Below, piece by piece: positions 1-9,302 of a DNA stretch of 57,082 bases. The translations under genes were made by a program, and so were the position numbers. Position 1 is the first letter of the stretch. The number at the start of each line of letters is the position of its first letter. Source of the DNA: a virus (lineage: Duplodnaviria > Caudoviricetes); the IMG/VR virus record IMGVR_UViG_3300025383_000031, positions 1-57,082 of that record; one strand, written 5' to 3'. The notes beneath the pieces were generated by a model that saw nothing but the letters and a program-made list of their open reading frames with translations, was not told the origin of the DNA and ran no database searches.

Positions 1-202
1 TAGGAACTTTACCGCCTGTGGCAATACCATATTGGCGACCACGCTCATAGCACCACTGTGCGGCACCGTGAGAAGCAGTTTCCCACTTGTCATAATCGGG
101 GTCAAATGGGCGACCTGCTACCGCATCTTGTACACCTTTTGTAAAATAACGGTTATGAAGAATAGTGGAAATCTTAGCCTTACGGGTGCTTACTTGTGCC
201 AT
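1..202 (-). CDS. Hypothetical early protein, truncated by window edge (MAQVSTRKAKISTILHNRYF...)
   Basis: Not in the ORF track. My translation from ATG at 202 stays open to base 1; GGAG RBS at 210-213; sigma70-type promoter upstream. Confidence 0.75.
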   Translation of the reverse strand, partial: MAQVSTRKAKISTILHNRYFTKGVQDAVAGRPFDPDYDKWETASHGAAQWCYERGRQYGIATGGKVP

Positions 203-210
203 TTTGCCGC

Positions 211-257
211 TCCATTGCTTATATTAGTAATATAACACAGAATTAGAGGATGTCAAG
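211..257 (-). promoter_or_regulatory. Early sigma70-type promoter, copy 1 of a 47-bp repeat
   Basis: TTGACA (256-251), 16 nt, TATATT (234-229) preceded by TGT; 42/47 identical to 915-961. Confidence 0.8.
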
Positions 258-903
258 CACTTTTTTTGATCCGCACATAGTGCAAACGGGTCTGATTATT
301 CTCGTCATGCTTGTGAATTCTAGCCGAAATAGAGATAATATCGTCCCGATTTAGCTGTTCTGCAAGCGGAAAACAGACCAAATTTCGGTCAGCAGTAAGG
401 GCGGTATGATACCATTTGTTATAATTGGCGCTATAAACCGCTGATTTAATGGTAACTTCTGCTTCAATACCGTCGCCAACCTGTCCAATATGACGGCTAG
501 TTTCGGCAATAATACGCAGTTCGTCCTTGGCTTTTTCACGACCAATGGCATTAAAATAAGAGTTAGGAACGCTAGCAACTAGTGCTAAGGTCTTGAAATC
601 TTTAGCATTAATCTGCTTTTGTTCTGTCAATAGAACAAGATTCTTCCAATAATCATGTAGAGTGCCAGCAATAAGTTCAATCATCTTGCTGTCAAGATAT
701 TCTAAAATTTGATCAGCGATTTCAATATCTTGTGGCAAATGGTCAAAGTTCACCATATCTGGATTGAGAAATTCACGCATAAGTGCGCCATTGCTCAATT
801 CGCCTTCTTTGGCGTCATAACGCTTGATATACTTGCCATTGACCCGTTGGGCAGCTACAGCGGCAGTCATGGCATCTTTAAGGGAAATTACTTTATCGGA
901 CAT
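253..903 (-). CDS. Hypothetical protein with probable C-terminal OB-fold-like domain
   Basis: Likely start ATG 903 with GGAG RBS; C-terminus HIGQVGDGIEAEVTIK...SARIHKH...TRLHYV resembles phage OB-like domains. Confidence 0.65.
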   Translation of the reverse strand: MSDKVISLKDAMTAAVAAQRVNGKYIKRYDAKEGELSNGALMREFLNPDMVNFDHLPQDIEIADQILEYLDSKMIELIAGTLHDYWKNLVLLTEQKQINAKDFKTLALVASVPNSYFNAIGREKAKDELRIIAETSRHIGQVGDGIEAEVTIKSAVYSANYNKWYHTALTADRNLVCFPLAEQLNRDDIISISARIHKHDENNQTRLHYVRIKKSA

Positions 904-914
904 ATCGCTAGTTC

Positions 915-961
915 TCCATTGCTTATATTCTGAATATAACATAGAATTATAGGATGTCAAG
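915..961 (-). promoter_or_regulatory. Early sigma70-type promoter, copy 2 of the 47-bp repeat
   Basis: TTGACA (960-955), 16 nt, TATATT (938-933) preceded by TGT. Confidence 0.8.
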
Positions 962-1367
962 ACATATTTTGGATGGCTTGTCCTAAATCTCCGCCGCAAA
1001 GTTCTATCATCATGCTAAGTTCGCCATCCATTAGGAATAGTTCGCCCTTGCTCATTTGATAAAACCAAGGGTAGGCATGATAACGGTCCATTAACACAAG
1101 TTCTTTGCCGTTAATTTGATATTTTCGCCTATCAATCTGATGCTCGTAAAATTTATAACCAGCAGTACGAATTAATTCAAATGCAGTGTTGTTAAGCCTA
1201 TATCCAAAATTTTTGTTGTTATTATACCAATAAAGAATATAGATATTTTTTTGATTTATATTTGGAATAAATGCATCTTCGCCATGTGCAAGATGAAATA
1301 ATTCATGTGTCCAATCTGTTTTAGATTTTTGTAACACTTGATTGTGTTGGATAAATTGCTGCGCCAC
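957..1367 (-). CDS. Hypothetical protein
   Basis: 136-aa ORF tiling with neighbours. Confidence 0.7.
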   Translation of the reverse strand: MAQQFIQHNQVLQKSKTDWTHELFHLAHGEDAFIPNINQKNIYILYWYNNNKNFGYRLNNTAFELIRTAGYKFYEHQIDRRKYQINGKELVLMDRYHAYPWFYQMSKGELFLMDGELSMMIELCGGDLGQAIQNMS

Positions 1368-1632
1368 TGTTTAATAATACCACACTAAACTTTGTAGTTT
1401 TAAATTGAACATTGAGTTTTTTACAAAGATTGATGGCATGACCAGGATTAGAAAAACTTGTTTTCTTATATTTTGGACCACCGTATGTTGCAACCATGCT
1501 AGTAGTTTTAAAATTGATTGGTTTATTATCATAGAAGATAGCCCAAATTCCATCACTGGCCAATATTTGGTCTGATTTGTATGTAGTTTTATTCGTAATT
1601 TCTAATAGAATATTTGGTTTTGGTCTTGACAT
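1321..1632 (-). CDS. Hypothetical basic phage protein
   Basis: 103-aa ORF; TAAATA late-promoter motif at 1649-1654 upstream. Confidence 0.75.
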   Translation of the reverse strand: MSRPKPNILLEITNKTTYKSDQILASDGIWAIFYDNKPINFKTTSMVATYGGPKYKKTSFSNPGHAINLCKKLNVQFKTTKFSVVLLNSGAAIYPTQSSVTKI

Positions 1633-1673
1633 AATTGATTACTACATATATTTATTACTTGTAATATACGTAG

Positions 1674-1907
1674 TTAAAAATTTTCCCCATTTAATTCTAT
1701 CGTAATAATTTGTGATTCGTCAACTTTAGTTTGCAATTCATCAATTTTATTTTCAAGTTCAAGAACATATGCAAGAATATCAGCCAGTTCTTTTGTTACA
1801 TTTACTATAGTTTCTTTATCAAGTACTAAATTATTACCAACGATGGTTTGACCACGGTTGATAAATTCACGGACATGAAATGTTCTAGGCGGTCTCATTC
1901 GTAACAT
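1674..1907 (-). CDS. Hypothetical coiled-coil protein
   Basis: Heptad-like C-terminus; start uncertain. Confidence 0.6.
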   Translation of the reverse strand: MLRMRPPRTFHVREFINRGQTIVGNNLVLDKETIVNVTKELADILAYVLELENKIDELQTKVDESQIITIELNGENF

Positions 1908-2364
1908 TCCTTAACTTTTCTGATTGTTCAATTTTAGTCTTATATGGACCATGATATGAATAACGTTGTAACGTAATAAGTTTAGGGCAATATTCAGCTA
2001 CCCAAACCTTATCATATTTTACAACATAATAACCTGCACAAAAATAACTGCTACTTTTGTTATTTTTTGTATAGATTGGAAGTTTAAGTTTCACATTCCA
2101 AATCTGATTAAATGTTGAATGACTTGTAGGATATCCATAAACTTCTGTTTCTTTTGATTTATTTTTAAATTCAGTAGTTTTACGGACAATTGTGATATTT
2201 TTTTTCTCAACCATTTCTTGCATATTTGGAAATATTTCCATAGTATCACTTACAGTGCAACGAATGCCGCTGTTAGTTTGTGCAATATTTCCAATACGCT
2301 CGCCTTTATCGTTTTCAATAATCCAAAAACGATTTTCTACGATGCTTTTAGCCTTGAGTGTCAT
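1885..2364 (-). CDS. Hypothetical protein
   Basis: Probable start MTLKAKS at 2364; tiles with neighbours. Confidence 0.7.
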   Translation of the reverse strand: MTLKAKSIVENRFWIIENDKGERIGNIAQTNSGIRCTVSDTMEIFPNMQEMVEKKNITIVRKTTEFKNKSKETEVYGYPTSHSTFNQIWNVKLKLPIYTKNNKSSSYFCAGYYVVKYDKVWVAEYCPKLITLQRYSYHGPYKTKIEQSEKLRNVTNETA

Positions 2365-2557
2365 CTTTAATCTTTCCTTCAATCATGTCAAACAGCGAAT
2401 TATATTCACTACGAACTTCAATGAATGATGCCCACCCAATAGCAGCAACAATATCCATTAGAACACGGTCATGATCAACATTCCAGTATTCATAAATCTC
2501 AAATAGAAATACACCAAGAACTGCCCATGGAAAGTATTTGACAAAAAAATTACGCAT
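2348..2557 (-). CDS. Small membrane protein
   Basis: Hydrophobic N-terminal segment; overlaps both neighbours. Confidence 0.6.
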   Translation of the reverse strand: MRNFFVKYFPWAVLGVFLFEIYEYWNVDHDRVLMDIVAAIGWASFIEVRSEYNSLFDMIEGKIKDDTQG

Positions 2558-3551
2558 ATGTGGTATCCTTTACAAGTGGTTTGCCAAGTATTTCGGCAAT
2601 AGGTTGAACATTTTCACTAAGTTTAGCAAGTTCATACTTACTACAGAACTTAATTAACTGTGTGCCAATCTGACGATTTTCTTTAGGATTAACTGCAATC
2701 AGGGCAGCGTCAATAGCATCACGAATTTCCTGTGGTTGTGCAGTAAGATCAACAAGCACACGGTTTTCTTCATAACGGTCAAGCACACGATGCTCAACGC
2801 CGTTGTGATCAACCCAACGTTGCAACATCATATTATTCCATGCATAACCTTTACGATCACGATCTGAATAGGCTTCTGTAAGACCTACCTTTTTAGAACT
2901 ACCCTTGGTGCGAACGCCAGGATTTGCAGTCATAATATTATCTGTTGGATCACCTCGCATACACTTTTCAAATAGAATAAACTTAGGATCACCAACAGTC
3001 TTTGGTGCTTTTGTAAGCTTGTCTATAACAGGCTTGCCGCTATCTTCAAAGAAACCTTGTAAGGTAATATGCTGATTGGTCATACCATTGTAGATAGTAA
3101 CTTTATCGCTGAGCAACTGATAAAAATCAGTGTCATTGGATAGGATAATGTGTTCATCATTGGGATGTAGTGCAGTCCAACGAGCAATGACATCATCTGC
3201 TTCTGCACGTTCAACACGGATTACGCTGCAGTTAGTGCGTTCATCAATCCATTTTGTAAAGTCACTATATACTTCCCAAAACTCTTTATCCTCTTCTGCT
3301 TCACGAACTGTCATCTTAGATTTGACAACAGCACGATTTGCTTTATAGGTTGTATTATGATCCTTGCGCCAACTACGAGCCTCAAGCGCAAAAATAACAT
3401 GATCTGGCTTATGCAGGCGATGCATCTTTTGTATAACGTTAAACATAATATGCAACGCTAAGCCAATCTTTTGCCATGTATCTGCACCACGTGCAGTACT
3501 GTGACGCGCACGAGCAAACAGGTTTGCTGTATCTACGAGAAGATATTTCAT
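2550..3551 (-). CDS. rnh: T4-like RNase H / 5'-3' flap exonuclease
   Basis: LLVDTAN, YKANR, EADDVIA, SNDTDFYQL, GDPTDNI motifs of the FEN/5'-nuclease family. Confidence 0.92.
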   Translation of the reverse strand: MKYLLVDTANLFARARHSTARGADTWQKIGLALHIMFNVIQKMHRLHKPDHVIFALEARSWRKDHNTTYKANRAVVKSKMTVREAEEDKEFWEVYSDFTKWIDERTNCSVIRVERAEADDVIARWTALHPNDEHIILSNDTDFYQLLSDKVTIYNGMTNQHITLQGFFEDSGKPVIDKLTKAPKTVGDPKFILFEKCMRGDPTDNIMTANPGVRTKGSSKKVGLTEAYSDRDRKGYAWNNMMLQRWVDHNGVEHRVLDRYEENRVLVDLTAQPQEIRDAIDAALIAVNPKENRQIGTQLIKFCSKYELAKLSENVQPIAEILGKPLVKDTTYA

Positions 3552-3557
3552 GATACT

Positions 3558-3586
3558 AATATAATGCCTTATTAGGGGTTTGTCAA
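3558..3586 (-). promoter_or_regulatory. Sigma70-type promoter of rnh, probably leaderless
   Basis: TTGACA-17-TATATT; -10 box ends 6 nt before the ATG. Confidence 0.8.
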
Positions 3587-3589
3587 GTA

Positions 3590-4045
3590 TTAACTGAATT
3601 CACTAAGACCATCGCCTAGATCACGACGACTAACATAACGACTGCCATCAGGATTTGTTGCTACATTGGCTGGTGGTGGATTACTTGCGAGAATATTGCG
3701 AGCGACATCATTTAGCCAAGCATCAACAAGTGCTTCTGGATTTACTCCACGATAGCCAGCTTGGCGTAACATCTCGATAAACTCTGCGTTCCAATCAAGT
3801 TCCATAGAACCAACTTGTGGATTGGCAGGATCAAAGTCAAACTTAAGAACACGAACTTCTGGTTCAACCTGTGGATGAGTTTCCACAATAGGTTCTTTAA
3901 CTTTTTTTACACGAGGCTTACGGGGCTTCTTAGGTTTTGGTTCTGCGATAGTTTGAGTAGAGGCTGTTGGTGCGCTTACTATTACAGTAGAGGCGGCAGC
4001 GTCGTTATTTTTTGATTTACCAAATAGTTTGTCGAGGAGTCCCAT
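3590..4045 (-). CDS. Hypothetical protein
   Basis: 151-aa ORF with Lys/Pro linker and globular C-terminus (ELDWN). Confidence 0.75.
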   Translation of the reverse strand: MGLLDKLFGKSKNNDAAASTVIVSAPTASTQTIAEPKPKKPRKPRVKKVKEPIVETHPQVEPEVRVLKFDFDPANPQVGSMELDWNAEFIEMLRQAGYRGVNPEALVDAWLNDVARNILASNPPPANVATNPDGSRYVSRRDLGDGLSEFS

Positions 4046-4053
4046 ATTATACC

Positions 4054-4362
4054 TTATTGTTGATAGCAGCGACGTTGGCGACCCATATAGTTACCCCATT
4101 GGTCAAATACTGGTTCCATACGGCAAAATACCTGTGGTTGATATGGTTGTCCGTAATATTGTTGTTGGTTTTGTTGCGCCATACCACCTAAAATACCACC
4201 GATAATCAAACCGCCAACCATTGGAGCGACCCAATTGCCACCACCGCCACCACCGCCATAACCAGGACGAGGACCATGATGGTAACGCCAGTCATCGGCA
4301 TTTGCTGCCGTTGCGGAAATTAATGTTGCGGCTGCAAGTAGGATTGCTAGGGTCTTACGCAT
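4054..4362 (-). CDS. Small exported Gly-rich protein (BA14K-like architecture)
   Basis: Signal peptide MRKTLAILLAAATLISATAANA, Gly-rich tract, hydrophobic GGLIIGGILGG, C-terminal Cys pair; GGAG RBS. Confidence 0.7.
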   Translation of the reverse strand: MRKTLAILLAAATLISATAANADDWRYHHGPRPGYGGGGGGGNWVAPMVGGLIIGGILGGMAQQNQQQYYGQPYQPQVFCRMEPVFDQWGNYMGRQRRCYQQ

Positions 4363-4388
4363 GGTGGTTCTCCAATTGAATATAAACC

Positions 4389-4416
4389 AATATAACATAT
4401 TTATTGGCTTTGTCAA
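4389..4416 (-). promoter_or_regulatory. Sigma70-type promoter with TAAATA motif inside its spacer
   Basis: TTGACA (4416-4411)-16-TATATT (4394-4389); TAAATA at 4398-4403. Confidence 0.7.
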
Positions 4417-4419
4417 GGG

Positions 4420-4659
4420 TTAATTTAACTTATTTTTTGCTTCAAATTCAGCAATAACTTGCTCGGCGTTGCCAGTTAAAACCGCATAAGTTTCTTCTAA
4501 ATCTTCTATTTCTGGTGCGTCTGTTTCCAGATACTCATAGATTTCAGCAATAGGAATTTTGTCTCGCCCTAATGCGGTCTGGTCCCTAATATATTTCAAT
4601 ATCAGATATTCAACTTCTTCTTGAGTAATGTCAATCTCTAAAAATTCCTCTTCGGTCAT
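4420..4659 (-). CDS. Hypothetical acidic protein
   Basis: 79-aa ORF, stop/start coupled to the upstream gene. Confidence 0.7.
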   Translation of the reverse strand: MTEEEFLEIDITQEEVEYLILKYIRDQTALGRDKIPIAEIYEYLETDAPEIEDLEETYAVLTGNAEQVIAEFEAKNKLN

Positions 4660-4961
4660 TAGCGATTACTCAAAATATATTGGACGATGACTTCACTTAG
4701 CCGCTCACCCAAATTTTCAGTATCATTGATAACATGCAGTTCATTAAGCCCACGATCTTTGATATTATCATAGCGATGAAACTCTACAATATAACCACCA
4801 TTGGCAACATGCAATTTCATATTGATACCATCAGCGCCAATTCTATCTGGACCACGCATTAATCCATTTCCATTAGCAACGGTCAGTATGCTACTTTCTT
4901 GTTGTGATGCTTCCCACGCCTTCTTTGCTTGCTTCGCAAACCATTTATCAAACCACTTCAC
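4659..4961 (-). CDS. Hypothetical protein
   Basis: 100-aa ORF with RBS; ANGGYIVE motif. Confidence 0.7.
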   Translation of the reverse strand: MKWFDKWFAKQAKKAWEASQQESSILTVANGNGLMRGPDRIGADGINMKLHVANGGYIVEFHRYDNIKDRGLNELHVINDTENLGERLSEVIVQYILSNR

Positions 4962-5589
4962 TGCTTACTCCTATTTTCTGTAATAATTTTGTTGGATGAA
5001 AATTTAAAAATTTTTTAAGAAAATCAATATTATGTTGTTGCATTTCACATCCTACTGTGTTTAAAAATTTTTCCAACCCTTTAAGTGTCCAAACTTCCTG
5101 AGTTTTTACATTCAGGTCAGCTTTTTTCATTGCCACCTTATATCCTTTAAATATTTCGCTATTATAATCTTTTAATAATTTTTTTGTATATCCAATGTAA
5201 TTTCCATCATAATAGCTTCCTTCGGTGTTATAGAAAAACGCTTGTTTATTTGCCGCTAATCTAATATGTGATCTATAATCAGTATATAAACAAATTTTAA
5301 ATTCTTCGGCATTTATCCAATCTTTAATATCATTGCAATGAAAATATATCTTTCTTAAGGTATTTTTTTCTTTTTTTGTTAATGTATTTTCTGGCCATAC
5401 TTCATTATTTTTCCAAGATTTTATATCTAAAATATCAAATTGTTTTTTATTAATCTCAAGATATGGTTTGCCTTCTAGATAACAATAAAAATTATCAGTT
5501 AATAATAGTTGGTGGAGCAAATAAAATCCACCACATCCGCCATAATAGAAAATATTTAAATCGTCACTGGAAGCGTCGTTCAATGTCAT
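4948..5589 (-). CDS. AT-rich hypothetical protein, YGGCG family copy 1 (possibly sulfotransferase/P-loop-like)
   Basis: Probable start 5589; paralog of 6768-7400. Confidence 0.65.
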   Translation of the reverse strand: MTLNDASSDDLNIFYYGGCGGFYLLHQLLLTDNFYCYLEGKPYLEINKKQFDILDIKSWKNNEVWPENTLTKKEKNTLRKIYFHCNDIKDWINAEEFKICLYTDYRSHIRLAANKQAFFYNTEGSYYDGNYIGYTKKLLKDYNSEIFKGYKVAMKKADLNVKTQEVWTLKGLEKFLNTVGCEMQQHNIDFLKKFLNFHPTKLLQKIGVSSEVV

Positions 5590-5911
5590 CTTCTCTACAT
5601 GCTTCGCCATATTGTGTTTCAATAATAACGAGTGGTTCTTTGCCAATATTAATAACTTGGTGCCAGTTACCAACTGGAATTTTAATAGTTTCACCTACTT
5701 GTAAAACTTCGGTTCGGTCATTATACATAGTATCGCTATGATTTGTAACAATCCTGGCAACACCACTTTGGACTACCCAAAATTCACTGCGTTTTTTATG
5801 CTTTTGGTAACTTAAACAATGGCTTGGTTTTACAACCAGTTGTTTTACTTTAACATTACCAGTATCATATAGGACTGTAAAATTTCCCCAAATTCTTTCT
5901 TCACTAATCAT
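5564..5911 (-). CDS. Cupin, mannose-6-phosphate isomerase type II C-terminal domain
   Basis: WGNFTVL, VKQLVVKP, LSYQKHKKRSEFWVV, IP.G.WH, IIETQYG...EDDIER. Confidence 0.9.
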   Translation of the reverse strand: MISEERIWGNFTVLYDTGNVKVKQLVVKPSHCLSYQKHKKRSEFWVVQSGVARIVTNHSDTMYNDRTEVLQVGETIKIPVGNWHQVINIGKEPLVIIETQYGEACREDDIERRFQ

Positions 5912-6209
5912 TATACTTTTCTCTTTGCATAGGTAATTTCATGGCAGCAAACGCCGCTGCTTCATTATTATTAAATTGTATATTAACTTTACCCAATCCG
6001 CAAGTTAAAAATGAAAAATCTTCACCATATCGGTAACCTGCTTCGCCCAATGCATTGCAGATAATACAAGCGGCTTCTACGTCTTGGTAGTTGGCATTTA
6101 ACGCACCGCCTTCTACATAATCACCAGGGTCAATCATATAACCATTTGATACTGATCGCTGTGTGAGTGCTTTACTTGGAAATTCAAGTATGAGAGGTTT
6201 GTTTAACAT
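5904..6209 (-). CDS. Hypothetical protein
   Basis: 101-aa ORF tiling in operon. Confidence 0.65.
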   Translation of the reverse strand: MLNKPLILEFPSKALTQRSVSNGYMIDPGDYVEGGALNANYQDVEAACIICNALGEAGYRYGEDFSFLTCGLGKVNIQFNNNEAAAFAAMKLPMQREKYND

Positions 6210-6469
6210 GCATATGCCAACATAAAAAAACTTACATGCTGTTCATCGGCAAACATAACTGGTAATTCTGTACCATTGTCAAGTTGAAGAAATACATAAT
6301 CTTGTCCGTTACGCAATCCATGATGATTAAAAATTTCTTTTAATTGTTGCATCGCTATATTGCGCTTATTCCACAGCCCATATCTAGGCGTGTTATTTAA
6401 TTTTGCAAGCGGAAATCTTGCTATTTTAGCTTCATCTTTATTGAAAACTGCAACATCTAGGTTTGGCAC
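6203..6469 (-). CDS. Hypothetical protein
   Basis: 88-aa ORF, GTG start with RBS; weak resemblance to the downstream ORF (G.R.G.D[FY].FL). Confidence 0.65.
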   Translation of the reverse strand: MPNLDVAVFNKDEAKIARFPLAKLNNTPRYGLWNKRNIAMQQLKEIFNHHGLRNGQDYVFLQLDNGTELPVMFADEQHVSFFMLAYAC

Positions 6470-6486
6470 TGGCAGTGTCCTGTTAA

Positions 6487-6705
6487 TTACTGCAAGTTAA
6501 TCTGATCACGCTGAGCAAAAAACTCAGCATCGACAGTCCAATTATTTTTTACTTCTTCACCACGCTTAATCTTCTCAAAAAGTGAGTATGGTGTGTTACG
6601 ACGATAAAGATCACCTTCATTAAAACGATAACCATAGTCTCGACAAAAATTACGATATGCATCCAAGTCATTGAATACACGATTTACATTTGAATTACGA
6701 ATCAT
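6487..6705 (-). CDS. Hypothetical protein
   Basis: 72-aa ORF (FNDLDAYRNFCRDYGYRFNEGDLY). Confidence 0.75.
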   Translation of the reverse strand: MIRNSNVNRVFNDLDAYRNFCRDYGYRFNEGDLYRRNTPYSLFEKIKRGEEVKNNWTVDAEFFAQRDQINLQ

Positions 6706-6767
6706 TTATTTTCTCTTTTATTAGAGGTTAATATTATTATGGACTTGCCAGTGCCATAGTTTTTATA

Positions 6768-7400
6768 TTAATCGATTCTGCTATTATTGTCAAGAACTTT
6801 TTGAATTAATTTTGGTGGATGTAAGCTTATATAATAATTTATAAAATCAATATTTTTTTGTGTAATACTATGTCCCAAATCATTTAATACTTTTTCTAAC
6901 CCCGTAATTGTTATAATATCTTGCAAAAATACGGTATAATAATCAAATAAATTTTTTTCAATTATATCTTTATAAATGTTATTGGGATTTTCAAGCAATA
7001 TTTTTTTAATATCGCTATATTTTGGGTTAGGGTTGCCCCATCTTTCATGAAACCAAAAAGATTTTTTCGTATAAGCCATTCTAAGTTGGCTGTGTAAATC
7101 TGTATATACAAGTATTTTTTTACCTGGATAAAAATCCCAATCTTCATATTGATTAACAGTTGCAAAAATTTTTGGCAGATTTGTTTTTAATTTTAACGTT
7201 TTTTTATTATCGGGTTGAAGTTCATGCTTTTTCCATGACTTTGTTTTATCTTTTCTAAAATTATATTTAAAAGTTTGTGTTTTATCTTTATTAAACTCAA
7301 AACAAATATCATATTTTTCAGTTAAAATTAATTGATGCACAAAATAAGCCATTCCGCATCCACCATATTGAAATATATTTAAATCAGGATACTTTATCAT
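6768..7400 (-). CDS. AT-rich hypothetical protein, YGGCG family copy 2
   Basis: DLNIFQYGGCG, SWK..E..P.N, YTD, NIDF...HP.KL shared with 4948-5589. Confidence 0.65.
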   Translation of the reverse strand: MIKYPDLNIFQYGGCGMAYFVHQLILTEKYDICFEFNKDKTQTFKYNFRKDKTKSWKKHELQPDNKKTLKLKTNLPKIFATVNQYEDWDFYPGKKILVYTDLHSQLRMAYTKKSFWFHERWGNPNPKYSDIKKILLENPNNIYKDIIEKNLFDYYTVFLQDIITITGLEKVLNDLGHSITQKNIDFINYYISLHPPKLIQKVLDNNSRID

Positions 7401-7686
7401 TTTTTTCAAGTAATTTGTTATAATGGTCGATTGCTGCTTGTAGTTTAGGAATATCTTTCCTATCTACAAGCACATCATCCCACACCAAATCTGATCCAAA
7501 AATATACTTTATCGCAGCCCAAACTCGCTTGTGAAATGGACGATAATTTACAGCCTGTATATTAACAATAAAGTCTGGTTTATATGGCATGTTATCGCCC
7601 CAATCAAAAACTTGGACAACAATAGTATGCTCAGCACTGCTACATTCGCACGAAAGAAATACTTTCAGATCATTATCTTCGTTCAT
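7384..7686 (-). CDS. Hypothetical protein with CxC...H motif
   Basis: Probable start MNEDNDLK at 7686. Confidence 0.65.
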   Translation of the reverse strand: MNEDNDLKVFLSCECSSAEHTIVVQVFDWGDNMPYKPDFIVNIQAVNYRPFHKRVWAAIKYIFGSDLVWDDVLVDRKDIPKLQAAIDHYNKLLEKNDKVS

Positions 7687-7687
7687 T

Positions 7688-8416
7688 TTATGCCTTTGCG
7701 GGTAGTAAATATTCATACTTGATAAGACCGCTATCAACAGTAATCTTGGCTACACCATCATCACTAAACTGAATGCTCTTATCGCCATGCAGATTAAGAA
7801 TGGATAGGAAAGTAATAATTGGCCATGACCAATTCTTAGTAAGTTTGCCACTAATACCACTTTGGAATACAAAGTTACCAGCATGAGTAGAATGGTCACC
7901 AAAGTAGAACTTTAGATCAGTACCTTCAGTTTTAACAGCAAACATCTTTTCTTCACTATTTGCTTGGCTTTGAAACTTAAGACGTTGAATGCTAGAAACT
8001 GTTGGCTGCATGGTAATGTTCCACGTAGCGCCCTTAAACTTAACCGTCTTCAACTTTTCATTGACAGTTTCAGTTGTCATGAAACGATAATCATTTTTAA
8101 AATCGCCGCTTGCATTTTCAAAGTGTAAGCCAACTGGAACCACGTCGCCATTACGTGGTTGAGTTACAACTGTAATCTTTTCATTCTCTTTATATTCAGG
8201 AATGTTAAGAATTGTATTAAGTTTTGTTAAATTTGGCATACCAAATACGCCATTAAATGCGGCATTAACAGTGTTAAATGTTGCATTAAGAATAACGCTG
8301 CGATCATCGCTTACACTTTCAATAACCGTGCTTTGGTCTGTGCCAGTTACCTTAATCGTATCAATAACACCAAGTGCTTGTGTATGCGCAACAATATCTG
8401 TGAGAAAATCTTTCAT
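7688..8416 (-). CDS. Probable DNA polymerase sliding clamp (gp45/PCNA-like)
   Basis: 242 aa, two-lobed beta-rich pattern, C-terminal YEYLLPA like PCNA; next to DNA polymerase; clamp loader in window. Confidence 0.7.
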   Translation of the reverse strand: MKDFLTDIVAHTQALGVIDTIKVTGTDQSTVIESVSDDRSVILNATFNTVNAAFNGVFGMPNLTKLNTILNIPEYKENEKITVVTQPRNGDVVPVGLHFENASGDFKNDYRFMTTETVNEKLKTVKFKGATWNITMQPTVSSIQRLKFQSQANSEEKMFAVKTEGTDLKFYFGDHSTHAGNFVFQSGISGKLTKNWSWPIITFLSILNLHGDKSIQFSDDGVAKITVDSGLIKYEYLLPAKA

Positions 8417-8436
8417 GTGTTTTTACCTTTTCTTTG

Positions 8437-8465
8437 ATTATACTGTATATTTGTTTAGATGTCAA
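8437..8465 (-). promoter_or_regulatory. Consensus sigma70 promoter
   Basis: Perfect TTGACA-17-TATAAT upstream of the clamp gene. Confidence 0.88.
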
Positions 8466-9300
8466 TTATTTCTGCACTGCTTCCGCCAATTTTAACACGC
8501 GGAGCAACGTCGCCTGGTTTTTTTGCAATAATAAAACTACTACGAAATTGTTGAATTTTGTAATTTTCTATTTCGTATCCTAACTCTATTAGTTTATCCA
8601 TTAAACTTCTATAATCAATAACGCTGAATAGTAAATTAAAATTAGATTTCATTGCCCATAATTCATCATGCGGTAGAAAATTAAAAACAAACTTTCCACC
8701 GTTATATAAAAGTTTATAAATTTCACGCGCCCATGCATATATGTAACCTTCATCTGCATAATAAAACTCATTAAAACAATAGACTAAACCAAAAGAATCA
8801 TGTGGTAATTTAGTCACATCAAAATCTTTTACTGTATATTTTAATAATCTATTGTTGGCATAAAATTCATTGCCTATGCTTTTAGTTGCTTCATCAATAA
8901 TTTCCATATAACGATCAACCACGTATAATGGCTCACTTGCTACCGCATATGGTAAAAATTGACCAGTGCCAGGAAAAAGTTCTAAAGTAGGAACATTCAT
9001 TGCAACCGTACCACTTATGGCTCCTACTAAATTTTGTAAATCAATTTCATGCAGTGTATTGCCTTGAACAAAATCTTGCCGTAATTTTAAATCTTTTTCT
9101 AACAATTTTTCTGTCATTAATCGACTTTTGGCAAGCATTCTCATCTTGCCATATGTCATTGTATCGTCTAATTCAAACAATAATTTATCAAACGCATTAA
9201 TAGTATTTTCATAGTTGCCATGTGCGGTTCCGTAAGTTTCATAAAATTTACGGTGATTGGCTATATTTTCATACATTTCAAATGCTTGAACAAATTCCAT
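8455..9300 (-). CDS. Class I SAM-dependent methyltransferase-like protein
   Basis: LELFPGTG, YVVD, LP..SFGLVY, LL..GGKFVF. Confidence 0.7.
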   Translation of the reverse strand: MEFVQAFEMYENIANHRKFYETYGTAHGNYENTINAFDKLLFELDDTMTYGKMRMLAKSRLMTEKLLEKDLKLRQDFVQGNTLHEIDLQNLVGAISGTVAMNVPTLELFPGTGQFLPYAVASEPLYVVDRYMEIIDEATKSIGNEFYANNRLLKYTVKDFDVTKLPHDSFGLVYCFNEFYYADEGYIYAWAREIYKLLYNGGKFVFNFLPHDELWAMKSNFNLLFSVIDYRSLMDKLIELGYEIENYKIQQFRSSFIIAKKPGDVAPRVKIGGSSAEIIDI

Positions 9301-9302
9301 TA

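Noticed and set aside
32-235. Plus-strand 67-aa ORF
   Set aside because: Shadow of a minus-strand gene (start 202) that has an RBS and promoter.
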